A stretch of DNA of 64,000 nucleotides from Eledone cirrhosa (GCA_964016885.1 OZ024756.1:10664001-10728000); one strand, 5' to 3'; counted from the stretch's first letter, positions 26,872-40,284 are shown. A program made the numbers and translations. The notes: a model not told the origin generated them from the sequence alone.

Positions 26872-26984
26872 GTTCTTGATATCACAGAATTTGTTATACC
26901 AATACTATTAGAATCACTAATCACAATAAATATTAAGAAAATATCAAGTTAAACCCAGGCAATGCCAGGTACTTCTACTTGTAA

Positions 26985-27019
<35 letters not shown>

Positions 27020-27022
27020 GTG

Positions 27023-27056
<34 letters not shown>

Positions 27057-27361
27057 GTGTATGTATATATAAATATATATCTATGGTGACTAGGTGACTC
27101 AGGAATAGTTACTTCACTTATTGACTACACAGTTTTCTTTGTATGATGCTCTACTGACCAGAATCATTTCATTATGTTCTTCTAGGAAATTCAGAAACTA
27201 AATCACCAGCCTTGCTGGTATTCCATCAGTTTTCAACATATGACATAAGAATGGAGGGCAAAATTCTCTGCAGTATTTCTTCCAAATCTCTGCACTGTGA
27301 GTTCAGTTCCCAGGAGTTCAGTTCCCACCATGGTCAACTTAAGTTTTTATCCTTTGGGGGA

Positions 27362-28258
27362 TTAACCCTTTCATGACCATATTTATAATAGTATACATGC
27401 TATTTCAGTTAATTAATTGTTTCTACGTTAGGCACAAGGCCAGCAATTACCCAGTGTATTACTGGTACTTTATTTTATCGACCCTGTAAGGATGAAAGGC
27501 AAAGTTAACCTCGGCGGGATTTGAACTCAGAATGGCAAGGGCCGTAACTCTATGCGTCAAAGCATGGCGTCCGACCCTCTACCGATACTGCCAATCCACT
27601 GCCTTGCTATTTCAGTTAATTAATGAAGAATTTTCATTAAGTTACTATCTTAGTAATGAAATAATTAAAAATTTTAGTAAATCCCTGAAAATTCTTCATT
27701 AATTAATTAGCTATTTCAGTTAATTAATGAAGAATTTTCAGGGATTTACTAAAATTTTTAATTATTTCATTACTAAGATAGTAACTTAATGTAAGGTTCT
27801 TATATAAAATCATGTTGGAAGATTTTAATTTAAATTGGAAACCTTTAGAATAGGTGACTTTATTTTATAGAAGCAGAACCAGTTTAAGTCTGGGTTGGTA
27901 AGATAGTAACTTAAACCCTTAGCATTTAAACCAGCCATATCCAGCCAGAATTCTCTCACCTCTTTCTCTTCAAACAGGCCATAATCAGCCACTCATACTG
28001 ATCTTAAGGTATTGTTCTTAAAATAAATAATATAATCAAAATCTCATAGATTCCATATTATGTGAGATAACTATGTGAGATAAAGCCTTTACCATGAAAG
28101 TATAACAATAGAGTAATGTAAATGGTAATGGGTTAGTGTAAGGTTCTTATATAGAATTATGTTGGAAGATTTTAATTTAAACTGAAACCTATAAAATGGG
28201 TGGTTTTATTTCATAGAACCAGAGCTGGTTTTAGCTGGGTTGCTAACTAAAGAGTTAA
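27362..28258. mobile_element. Cluster of degenerate TTAA-type MITE remnants
   Basis: TTAACCCTTT at 27362 and AAAGAGTTAA at 28249-28258; segment 27790-27900 repeated at 28137-28245. Confidence 0.45.
27415..27604 (-). mobile_element. SINE family A with target-site duplication
   Basis: GCTATTTCAGTTAATTAAT at 27399 and 27606. Confidence 0.9.
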
Positions 28259-28595
28259 TACAAATTCTTTACAGATGACAGCCTGACGTTTCTTCTGGTA
28301 CTCACCTGGTTTCAAAGATTGGTTTGCAACTGCAAGGTTTCAGGTTCCATTTTACTGTGTGTTTTCTATTCTAGTCTTTGGCTGACCTTGTTAGGAAATG
28401 TTGGAGGATGGAAATTGTAAAGATTGACAGGGGAAATATGTAGTTGCCATGTTTACATGTCAATATACTATAACTCTATCAATTTATACACATTTTTGCT
28501 GCCTCAGATACTTTTATTTCTATATACAGAATACAGACATAACTTTATCATATACTTCAGGAGATTAGCACACAAATTAATATATACATTCTTAC

Positions 28596-28651
28596 ATACA
28601 TACACACACACACACATATATATATATATACATATAGACATATATATATAT

Positions 28652-28723
<72 letters not shown>

Positions 28724-28899
28724 TATATATCTATACATACATATAAATACATCTCTCTCTCTCCATATATATATATATATATGCGATGTATATATCAATA
28801 CATACATATACATAAATCTCTCTCTCTCTCCATATATATATATATATATAAATATGTATATATATATATATACATAAATCTCTCTCTCTCTCTCCATAT

Positions 28900-28933
<34 letters not shown>

Positions 28934-29088
28934 ATATACATAAATCTCTCTCTCTCTCCATATGTATGTATATATATATACATACATATACATAAATCTC
29001 TCTCTCTTTCTCTCTCACTCTCTCTCTCTCTCTCTCACACTCTCTCTCTCTCTCTCTCCCTCTCTCTCTCTCTCCCTATATATATATA
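28596..29088. repeat. Compound (TA)n/(CT)n/(CA)n microsatellite
   Basis: Direct reading. Confidence 0.95.
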
Positions 29089-29279
29089 AGAGCCATATTA
29101 AGAGGGCTCTATTCAGTGGTAGCTCCCGTCTGTAATGAACAACATCGGACATGGTGGAGAAAGTTCCATTGCTATAATTGATAATTATAGTTGTATGTCT
29201 CATTACTTTAATAGTTTATAGGGGCCCTCATAGTGTCATCACTGTTACTGCTACTCTTATTAACATCATTACCTGCATT

Positions 29280-29796
29280 GTCATCATCACCACCACCACC
29301 ATCATCATCATCATCACCATCATCACCATCACCATCATCACCTTCATTGTTATCACCACCATCACCATCATCATCATCACCATCATCACCATCATCACCA
29401 CCACCATCATCATCACCATCATCAGCACCATCATCATCACCATCATCACCATCACCACCATCATCACCACCATCATCATCACCATCATCATCATCAGCAT
29501 CACCATCACCATCATCACCTTCATTGTTATCACCACCACCGCCGCCGCCACCATCACCATCACCACCACCACCACCACCACCACCACCATCATCACCATC
29601 ATCATCATCATCATCATCACCATCATCATCATCACCACCACCATCATCATCATCATCATCACCATCATCATCATCACCATCACTACCACCACCATCACTA
29701 CCACCACCACCACCACCATCACTACTACCACCACCACCACCACATAATTATCATTATTATTCCCGCTAACATTTCCTTAAATCCAACACCACCACC

Positions 29797-29834
<38 letters not shown>

Positions 29835-30274
29835 CTTCACCACTACTACTACCACTACTACTCATAATAACAATAATTATATCATTATTACCACCAGCTC
29901 TCATTATTAACAATGCTACCCTCATTATAAATATCACCACCACCACCACCACCACTGCCATCACCACCATCACTGCCACCACCACCACCACCACCATCAC
30001 TGCCACCACCATCACCATCATCACCACCACCACCATCATCACCATCACCACCACCACCACCACCACCACTGCCATCACCACCATCACTGCCACCACCACC
30101 ACCACCATCACTGCCACCACCATCACCATCATCACCACCTCCACCATCATCACCACAATCATCACCATCACCACCACCACCACCACCACCACAATCACCA
30201 CCACCATCACCATCATCACCACCACCACCACCACAATCACCACCACCATCACCATCACCACCACCACCATCATC
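29280..30274. repeat. Compound (CAT)n/(CAC)n/(TAC)n trinucleotide tract
   Basis: Direct reading; explains the homopolymeric ORFs on both strands. Confidence 0.95.
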
Positions 30275-30465
30275 AGTAGCCGGAGAAATATATGGAAATT
30301 TCCTAAACCTTGTGTTAGAAACTCTTTAAGAGAATTCTTTAAAATTTAGAAACTCAAAATTCTGTGTCTGTTAACATTCCTTTTAAATCTTTACTGATAC
30401 ATCTAATCCTATATACCTATGTATGGATACGTATATATACAAGAATACACACACACACATATATT

Positions 30466-30594
30466 TATTTAATATAGAAATGGCTTCTACAGATCTAGAA
30501 ATGTTTCATTCGAAGGAAATCATCAGGAAAGCCCTGGTGATTTTCTTCGAATGAAACAATTCTAGTCCTGTAGAAGCCATTTCTATATTAAATA
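30466..30594. repeat. Foldback of a PLE-type 3' end centred on a hammerhead-like core
   Basis: About 60-bp arms reading CTG(A/G)TGA-TTT(C/T)CTTCGAAT-GAAAC-..TTCTAG(A)TC. A related degenerate copy lies at 44551-44600 (-). Confidence 0.7.
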
Positions 30595-30772
30595 TTTATA
30601 CTCTGCTATGTATTGAATACCTTACTTACTGTGGTTACCTCTGATTGAACTCGGGATACACATGTATATATTTACTTTTACTATTTTAATAACCTCTGTC
30701 ATTTTCGTTTAACAACTTTATTTACATTATTCTCAAACTCCGGAGCTGAGAAACATTCAGCTTCCTATATAT

Positions 30773-31028
30773 ATGGTATGGACATGTGATGCGCATGGAG
30801 GATGACTGTTGGGTAAAGAAGTGCCAAGAAATCCCAGTAGAAGGAAGACGCAGTAGAGGTAGACCACGTAAAAAAAAAGCAGAGGTGGTGAGAGCAGACC
30901 TCAGATCGCTGAAACTCACCAAGAAGATGACGAAGGACAGTGACAAGTGGAGAGATGCTGTGCTGAATAGGACCCGTCCAACCCTTGCAAGCAGGGAAAA
31001 GCGGACGTAAAATGATGATGATGATGAC
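30773..31028 (+). mobile_element. RTE LINE 3' end
   Basis: WYGHVMRMEDDCWVKKC..VEGRRSRGRPRK..WR, then tail GCGGACGTAAAA(TGA)n. Confidence 0.88.
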
Positions 31029-31209
31029 TCCGTTTATACCATAAACGCGTTTTTGTCTTTGCAAGAAATCATTCTTATCACACCAAATAACGACGTATTA
31101 TCCTATTTTTTTCCCGTTCATTCCCAGGGAACATCTTCACGAACCAAAGTATCATCTTCCTGTTTTTCTTCGGTTGTAACGTTTTTCAAAATATTTACTT
31201 TTGCGTTCA

Positions 31210-31273
31210 CAGATTAATTTTTTTTAGTTTCAGAAGATCCCGTTAAGGGTGAAAGCGGCTTAACTTTAATCTG
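31210..31273 (+). ncRNA. Degenerate hammerhead-like motif in a solo PLE-type 3' end (about 31030-31365)
   Basis: CAGATTAA..AGTTT-CAGAAGA-TCCCGTTAAGGGT-GAAA-GCGGCT-TA-ACTTTAATCTG, with one core mismatch. The downstream part is homologous to 25540-25685. Confidence 0.45.
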
Positions 31274-31420
31274 TTCTTATAATGAATATTTGCTCTTCGG
31301 GTTTATATATATATATAATCCTTATCGAGCCCTCTTCGGATTTTAGTCTTCACATTTATTATTACTATATATATATGTAATGTATACACATACACACACA
31401 CACGTATATATATATATATG

Positions 31421-31578
<158 letters not shown>

Positions 31579-31610
31579 TACACACACACATATATATGTA
31601 TATATATATA

Positions 31611-32082
31611 TTGTTATACTTGGGGACGGTTATATTGTTATAATATTGCCAGAAATAATAATTCTTTCTACTTTTGGCACAAAGCCAGCAATTACCCAGT
31701 ACATTACTGGTACTTTATTTTATCGACCCCGTAAGGATGAAAGGCAAAGTTAACCTCGGCGGGATTTGAACTCAGACTGTAAAGAGACGTAACTATGCTG
31801 GAAAGCATGGCGTCCGACTCTCTACAGATACTGCCAGAAATAATAATAAAACACACTCACTGTTTGGTTTGAAATGGTTTTCGTTTCTGTATCTTTTATC
31901 TCTCTATAGTTAATTTATCTGGCTATCAATGTTTATCATTGATTGACCAACGGTTAAAAATACAGATATATATATATAGTCTATCACAGTTCTTTTGTCA
32001 CACACTTGTGACATCATCATTGGTACTATTATGTTTCCTCCCATTGTATTGTAATTTCTACGCCATTTTTATTTTATTTATT

Positions 32083-32129
<47 letters not shown>

Positions 32130-32425
32130 TTCTTGTCTCTGTCTCTGTTTGCGCATGCGTTTGCATTTTCTGTTTGGTGTGTGTGAGTTCGTGTCTGAGT
32201 CTGTGTGTGTTTGTTTTCTATCTTTGTCCACCAGTATGTGTTTATGTGTGTTTGTTGTTATTGTACTTGTGTATATATTTATTTATTTATTTATATTTCT
32301 CTTAAGTCAGTATTGTGTGTTTGGGTATGGTTGTTGTTGTTATTCCATTTATTTTTTCTGGATATTTGTTTCAACACACGACTTCACGATTTCGTATAAA
32401 AAACTTTGCAAAACAAATTCAAATT
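31611..32425 (-). mobile_element. Solo 3' end of a PLE 2-related family, with nested SINE A (31660-31835) and flipped tail (32360-32425)
   Basis: Colinear with 21150-21725. SINE flanked by TGCCAGAAATAATAAT duplication. 32365-32425 matches 24591-24640. Confidence 0.8.
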
Positions 32426-32436
32426 ATATATATACG

Positions 32437-33480
32437 TGGAGAAATATATAAAGGAGAACAAACCGTTAAAACATGTTTAATTAAAATAGCACCTACATAC
32501 ATTTCGCCTGAAAGGGCTTCTCAAGGGCATAAACAACTAAAAAGCGTTCCTTATATGACCCGGAATGAGTTTTTAGAAATACGTTCACGTCACAGTTCAT
32601 TCTTCGTAACAAAACATGTATTGATTTTGCAGTAGGTCGGGGGAAATAACACTAACCGGTGTAAGAGCAGCAATTCTCCAGGTGACTTTTTATCCGTCAT
32701 TACTTTGTAGTTGCAGCTTTACCATTGTCGATACGCACAGGGTCAGGTACGCAACGTTATTTTCCAGATGTTTGTTTGCTGCGCCTGCCTGGGTCGATTC
32801 GTGCCGGGTTTGGGATGCATGGTTAATTTCCGGATGTTTTTTGCAGCGCCTGCCCGCCGGGGTGTTAAAATTCGGTGCAGGGCGACCCGTTTTACGGCTT
32901 TTACTCCCCATTCTTATTCCATCTGGAGTAGGATATTTTTAAGCGGTGTGTACAGCTTATCGTCGTTTCTGCTCTGCTGTTGATGAGCTCGTGGGGTGCC
33001 GTTATGATATGGTAGAGCTCTATGATGCAAAGCTCACACTTTCTCTTGAAATTGTACGGGGCTGCTCTGCCGACAATTTCCCAGTGCGTGGAGAAGCTGA
33101 TGTTTGAGTCTTTTAATGCTATGATGTAGTTCGCGAGCGAAGTGGAGTGTCTTAGTTTCTTGTTTGCGAAAGAGTGGAGATATGTTCGAAATCTATTTTT
33201 GAACGCGCCAGAGATAGCCCCTATATAATGTTTAACGCTAATATGGCTACTTACGGTGCACCTATAAATAACCCTATCAGTCAGGCAGTTAGCCGCAAGG
33301 GGCAGCGTCCCCTGTCACAACAGTTGCAATTTTGGTCGCGGTCCCTTCTAGTTACCAAGGTAAGGCTATTATTATTGCTATCCATGTTGTTACCTACGCC
33401 CCTACACCTGTCATTGGTACCATTATAACCCATCGCGTGTAGAGTAGTACTATTATCATTCCGCACGCAGCAGCGTGGCA
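32437..33480 (-). pseudogene. PLE 4: degenerate GIY-YIG C-terminus plus 3' region
   Basis: With frameshifts reads CNCCDRGRCPL, CLTDRVIYRCTV..HYIGAISGAFKNRF, HSTSLANYIIALK..W, CELC..E..LINSRAE..SCTHR. Variant hammerhead-like core TTGAGAA-GCC..GGC-GAAA-TGTATG-TA at 32488-32530. Confidence 0.8.
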
Positions 33481-33519
33481 AATAACTACATGTTTCGCCT
33501 ATTTCTTCTTCTACTTAAT

Positions 33520-34155
<636 letters not shown>

Positions 34156-34601
34156 TATATATGTATATATATAACTAAAACTCTGTGATTGCTTCCTTGT
34201 TTGTCTGTAATTTATTACAGCCAAAAGGGTGCATAATGGAAAAATACTTTGAAAGGAAGTTGCCCCTGAAATGGGAAAACAAATGGAATATAACAAGTTT
34301 CACATAAATCGAAGCAAGGGTTCCCGAGATATGGGTTTTTTTGTGTACCTTCATAAATGGAGAGAAAGAGATAGTGGTTGTGAGAGTAGATTGAAAGAGA
34401 GACATAGAAAGAGGGAGAGGAGACAGAGAAGGTGAATGGAAGAGAGAGAGCTGGTGGTGTTGTTGTGTATATATATATATGTGTGTGAGTGTGTGTGTAT
34501 ATATATGCGTATGTGTGTCTATGACCAGTGTATATAGTTCACAGACACACACATACATATATATATATACACACACACATATAGATATATACACACACAT
34601 A

Positions 34602-35050
34602 CATCATCATCATCATCACCATCATCGTTTAACGTCCATCTTCCACGCTTGCATGGGTTTGGACGGGAATTTTCCCACTCGTATAGGACTATCTGGCAGG
34701 GTTTTCTACGGCTGGATGCCCTTCCCAACACCAACCACGTTTACAGTGTGGACTGGGAGGTTTTTACCGTATTACCTACACAGCCACATTACAGTGTGGA
34801 CTGTGTGTTTTTTTTTGTCGTGACACCTACACGACCTCATTTGTTTCGGCCTGGATGTTGTGGTACAAACATAACTTTACATTGAAAGGGGCGGTGTGGA
34901 TGGGGTGGGGGTGTTGGGACGGGGGGTGTATTTTGTTAGAGGTGCCTACTGACTGTAGTAGGTTTCACTTTGTATTTAGGTAAGGCGGGTCTTCTCTATT
35001 ACTGAGTACCGCCAAAGATCTCGGTCCAGTGACATTGTCTTGGAGATGTG
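34602..35050 (-). mobile_element. Non-autonomous retroposon family C with RTE-type tail
   Basis: Homologous to 59984-60573 and 63523-63969; ends GGACGTTAAACGATG..(GAT)n. No pol III boxes recognised. Confidence 0.75.
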
Positions 35051-35086
35051 TAAGTGGTGTAATATATGTGGTATATATATATACAT

Positions 35087-35157
<71 letters not shown>

Positions 35158-35158
35158 T

Positions 35159-35435
35159 AAAAACGAAAAGAAAATGCTGACAAATTTTTCCCAGTGAAAA
35201 ATAGTTTAATTAGGATAAGAATAAATTAGTAATAAGTATTAGTTAGTATTCAGTTTTAGTTTTAAGTATTTGACAGTTGCAGATTTCTTATTCTTTTCAA
35301 AAATAATTTTAAGATAGAGTGGTCGTGATTTTTGCTCACTGAATACTAACTAATACTTATTACTAATTTATACTTATTCCTAATTAAACTATTTTTCCAT
35401 GAGAAAAATTTGTCAGCATTTTCTTTTCCTTTTTT
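35159..35435. repeat. Foldback insert in (TA)n, ~95-bp arms
   Basis: 35159-35254 versus 35338-35435 in reverse complement. Confidence 0.8.
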
Positions 35436-35599
35436 GTGTCACACCTCTAATTTTGTTTAAAGTATATATATATATATATGCAAAAGATTGTTGGGTTACA
35501 ACGAGTAAATATTTTATAACTGATATAAAAGCACTCGACAGTTTCTGGAGTAGGTTTACGATATTAAACAAATGGAAACTATATTTATAAAACCATATT

Positions 35600-35665
35600 T
35601 ATTTCGTTATATATATTTCTGGGATATCATATTAAAAATATGTTATGCCTTCCTCAGACAAAATA
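35600..35665 (-). ncRNA. Minimal hammerhead ribozyme, left arm of PLE 3
   Basis: Reverse complement of 40040-40105. Confidence 0.72.
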
Positions 35666-36904
35666 CAATACATAAGCTGTTTTATAAATAATTAGTGACA
35701 TACCTTTTGAGAATGCAACTTCCTTTTAAAAAAGTTGATTTGGTAGTGAAACTGTTATGATAGTTATATAGAAAGAAAACGAAGATGAGAAGAAGAAGGT
35801 GAAGAGATGTATGTAAATAAAAAGAAGAAGATGAAGAGATGTATGCAAAGAGAAAAGAGATGTATGTAAAGAAAAACAACGGAGCGAGATAGAGAGACAA
35901 GGATAGAGAGAAATACATTGATGGTGAAAAAAAAAAAACACATAGTAGGCTGCATTTTGACAGATGATCATCGTATATGTGAGAGGTTAAGGGAAGGGAT
36001 ACAGTTAGATTAGTGTATAGGAGAAAAAGAAAGAAAGATGATATATTTAAAATATATTAAAAATATATTATGTCTCATCCATTTGAATTATCAATTTTTA
36101 TGAATTAGGCACTATAATGTAAATACCAGTATTCATGAATGAGACACATATCTATAATGTGTAAAAAAATGACCACATGCTCAGTTTAAAAATTCTTAGG
36201 TCTATAAGCAAAATCTGAGACAAAACTTCAAACATAAGTATATATGCATTCTCGTGAAAAATGAGAAAAGAGAAGGTTATCTCAAATTCAAGTTGATAAA
36301 TAAAGACGCACATGTGAACCTAGGTGATACGCTGCACTGATTCTTATATTTCATGAAAAACTTCAATGTGTCAGAAAAGAAAAACTTCAATGCGTTAGAA
36401 GAGATTCCACCCTACATACATTTACATACATATATACATATATATAGACACAAAACATATAAGATATACATTAACATTTAAAACAATCATCGATCAAACA
36501 TAGAGTAGACAACAGATATCAATATTAAAATTAAAAACGCCAAGAATATCTTCGTCACTCCACAGAGTATCTAGGGACGCAAGAGAACATAGTATGCCAC
36601 GCATATCGGTCATAGAATCAGAGTCAAAGCAAGCAGGACCAAAATTGCTCACCAAGCCTTATTTATCAGAAATCATTCAAAACTTATTCTACAAATGCTC
36701 TTATATCTATTATAGAAGTTTATCCAGCTTAAAAATTTATTCAAAAGATTGGGACCAACGCCAATTTTAGGGTAGTTTATTTAATCTCATTAATTATATA
36801 TTCATGCGGAAAGGTTTTTAAAAAAAAAATTAAAGGAATCGAAAGATTTATCGCCAAGTATCACAAATAGTCAAATATCTTAAGTAAATATACTACATTT
36901 TATA

Positions 36905-38237
36905 CTACATTTTAAATTTATATTTATATTTAAATGTTGAGTTCAATCTATGTCTGCAACAGCTGAATAAATTGGTTCGTAAATTAAGGGAATTTTTAGA
37001 TTTTAATATAAAGAATATCTCCTCCGCGCAGAGGTCACAAGTCTCAGAAGAGGAATTAAAAGGAATCCCTTTTGAGACTATATTCCAAACCATCGAATAT
37101 CCAACTTTATCATGCTTAAGTTGCCAGAGAAGCCCTGACAGCGATGTTGATGATTTTTTATTTGGATCCGTGAAAGAATTTTTGTGATTATTATAGCGAA
37201 GTTTAAATTCTGTCGAGGTGGAACCAACATAATTAAAAGAATTTAAATCAGTTCTAACATTACAGTTGTATATTATATTTTTAACTAAGCAATTGTTATT
37301 TAGCAGACATTTAGATCTATCTCTACAGTTACAGTTTTTTAGTTGAATATTGTTTAGGCTATTTTCGGTATTTTGGCTAGGTTTTAGATTCCTATTATTT
37401 ATTCTATTAATATTTTGTGCTAAATTTTTGGTGGACGAGTACGTTAATTTTATAGTATGTCTATTAAAAATTGAGTGATACTTATGTGTTCTAGGGAAGC
37501 GTTTGTCAAGAGCATTAAAAAATAGTTTAGCGATGTGGGTTTTAATGTTTAGTGAGAAAGGGGGGGCAAACCATATTATATTTCTAGTTCTATTTCTTTT
37601 CTGATTTTTGAAATTATTGTAGTGCTTTCTATTATAGTTGTTAAAGTTGTTACTGTAATTAAAATTGTTGTTATTTTGGTTAGTTTGTCTATTATCGATG
37701 TACATAATTTTATCACTATATCCTGCTCTAGCTAAAGCATCATTATAATATTGGGCTTTTTCTCAAAAATATTTTTATTGGAAGAGATTCTAGAGATACG
37801 TTTTTGAACAGAGTTTACTATAGTATTTTTGACAGATCTGGGGTGATTGGAGCTAAAATTGACATAATTCAAGTTTTCATTTAACTTGTGAAATGGATAG
37901 TGAAGACATGTGTGGAGATTAAATGTTACGTCTAGGAAATTGACTATTCTATGGTTATTCTCAATTTCTATTTTTAGATTAAGGTAATTAAAAAATTGTA
38001 TAATTTGTTTTCTTTTCTTATTTAGTTCAGAGTTATTATTTTCAATAAGTAAAAGCATGTCATCTCTATATAAACCTCCGATAACACCGGGTATTTTCCT
38101 ATGCAGCGAATTAATTATAAATAGGCCCACAAGGTCCGTTACCTGAGCTGAGTCTGATGATCCCATAGTAATGTCAAAATTATTATCTCTATCTGCTCTA
38201 GTCCATAGTTGGTTATTAAATTCTATCAAAGTTTTCC
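36905..38237 (-). pseudogene. PLE 3 partial pol: RT core and GIY-YIG, with a frameshift near 37760
   Basis: FDITMGSSDSAQVTDLVG, GGLYRDD, VNFLDVTFNL, SNHP; IIWFAPPFS, CNCR, IIYNCNV..YVGSTSTEFKLRYNNH, CDLC..E, CCRHR. Confidence 0.92.
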
Positions 38238-38800
38238 TTAATAGACATACTATAAAATTAACGTACTCGTCCACCAAAAATTTAGCACAAAATATTAATA
38301 GAATAAATAATAGGAATCTAAAACCTAGCCAAAATACCGAAAATAGCCTAAACAATATTCAACTAAAAAACTGTAACTGTAGAGATAGATCTAAATGTCC
38401 GCTAAATAACAATTGCTTAGTTAAAAATATAATATACAACTGTAATGTTAGAACTGATTTAAATTCTTTTAATTATGTTGGTTCCACCTCGACAGAATTT
38501 AAACTTCGCTATAATAATCACAAAAATTCTTTCACGGATCCAAATAAAAAATCATCAACATCGCTGTCAGGGCTTCTCTGGCAACTTAAGCATGATAAAG
38601 TTGGATATTCGATGGTTTGGAATATAGTCTCAAAAGGGATTCCTTTTAATTCCTCTTCTGAGACTTGTGACCTCTGCGCGGAGGAGATATTCTTTATATT
38701 AAAATCTAAAAATTCCCTTAATTTACGAACCAATTTATTCAGCTGTTGCAGACATAGATTGAACTCAACATTTAAATATAAATATAAATTTAAAATGTAG
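38238..38800 (+). pseudogene. Inverted duplicate of the PLE 3 GIY-YIG domain
   Basis: Same protein as the C-terminal part of ORF 36905-37705 except for one L/P difference. Confidence 0.92.
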
Positions 38801-40039
38801 TATAAAATGTAGTATATTTACTTAAGATATTTGACTATTTGTGATACTTGGCGATAAATCTTTCGATTCCTTTAATTTTTTTTTTTAAAACCTTTCCGCA
38901 TGAATATATAATTAATGAGATTAAATAAACTACCCTAAAATTGGCGTTGGTCCCAATCTTTTGAATAAATTTTTAAGCTGGATAAACTTCTATAATAGAT
39001 ATAAGAGCATTTGTAGAATAAGTTTTGAATGATTTCTGATAAATAAGGCTTGGTGAGCAATTTTGGTCCTGTTTGCTTTGACTCTGATTCTATGACCGAT
39101 ATGCGTGGCATACTATGTTCTCTTGCGTCCCTAGATACTCTGTGGAGTGACGAAGATATTCTTGGCGTTTTTAATTTTAATATTGATATCTGTTGTCTAC
39201 TCTATGTTTGATCGATGATTGTTTTAAATGTTAATGTATATCTTATATGTTTTGTGTCTATATATATGTATATATGTATGTAAATGTATGTAGGGTGGAA
39301 TCTCTTCTAACGCATTGAAGTTTTTCTTTTCTGACACATTGAAGTTTTTCATGAAATATAAGAATCAGTGCAGCGTATCACCTAGGTTCACATGTGCGTC
39401 TTTATTTATCAACTTGAATTTGAGATAACCTTCTCTTTTCTCATTTTTCACGAGAATGCATATATACTTATGTTTGAAGTTTTGTCTCAGATTTTGCTTA
39501 TAGACCTAAGAATTTTTAAACTGAGCATGTGGTCATTTTTTTACACATTATAGATATGTGTCTCATTCATGAATACTGGTATTTACATTATAGTGCCTAA
39601 TTCATAAAAATTGATAATTCAAATGGATGAGACATAATATATTTTTAATATATTTTAAATATATCATCTTTCTTTCTTTTTCTCCTATACACTAATCTAA
39701 CTGTATCCCTTCCCTTAACCTCTCACATATACGATGATCATCTGTCAAAATGCAGCCTACTATGTGTTTTTTTTTTTTCACCATCAATGTATTTCTCTCT
39801 ATCCTTGTCTCTCTATCTCGCTCCGTTGTTTTTCTTTACATACATCTCTTTTCTCTTTGCATACATCTCTTCATCTTCTTCTTTTTATTTACATACATCT
39901 CTTCACCTTCTTCTTCTCATCTTCGTTTTCTTTCTATATAACTATCATAACAGTTTCACTACCAAATCAACTTTTTTAAAAGGAAGTTGCATTCTCAAAA
40001 GGTATGTCACTAATTATTTATAAAACAGCTTATGTATTG

Positions 40040-40105
40040 TATTTTGTCTGAGGAAGGCATAACATATTTTTAATATGATATCCCAGAAATATATATAACG
40101 AAATA
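40040..40105 (+). ncRNA. Minimal hammerhead ribozyme, right arm of PLE 3
   Basis: TATTTTGT-CTGAGGA-[AGG..CATATT.AATATG..CCA]-GAAA-TATATA-TA-ACGAAATA; stem I has a G-C pair where other copies have A-U. Confidence 0.72.
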
Positions 40106-40184
40106 AATATGGTTTTATAAATATAGTTTCCATTTGTTTAATATCGTATATATATATATATATATATATATACTTTAAATATAA

Positions 40185-40222
<38 letters not shown>

Positions 40223-40284
40223 TTATATATACTTGTTTATATATATATATATATATATATATACTTATATATACTTGTTTAAAG

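Larger units (their letters stand above)
35478..40148 (-). mobile_element. Penelope-like element 3, 5'-truncated, with ~1.9-kb inverted duplication of the endonuclease region and 3' end
   Basis: 35557-37467 is the near-identical reverse complement of 38238-40148. The 770-bp spacer holds the RT core. (TA)n on both sides. Confidence 0.95.

Noticed and set aside
26951-26982. Helitron-type 3' hairpin ACCCAGGCAATGCCAGGT..CTTGT
   Set aside because: Too degenerate, and no matching 5' end or second copy is in the window.
27185-27300. Plus-strand exon-like segment ending in GTGAGT
   Set aside because: The donor lies in a degenerate SINE head and no phase-compatible neighbouring exon was found.
28424-30273. 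Poly-IY, poly-T/I, S/P-rich and M/V-rich ORFs
   Set aside because: Di- and trinucleotide microsatellite translations. The same applies at 31.3-31.7, 33.5-33.7, 40.0-42.9 and 62.3-62.8 kb.
34248-34265. GQLPFK resemblance to valyl-tRNA synthetase
   Set aside because: A six-residue match only; the frame stops shortly after and has no KMSKS region.
38171-38355. N-termini of ORFs 38171-38800 and 37732-38355 as real protein starts
   Set aside because: Both cross the inversion junction at about 38238 and are chimeric with antisense sequence.
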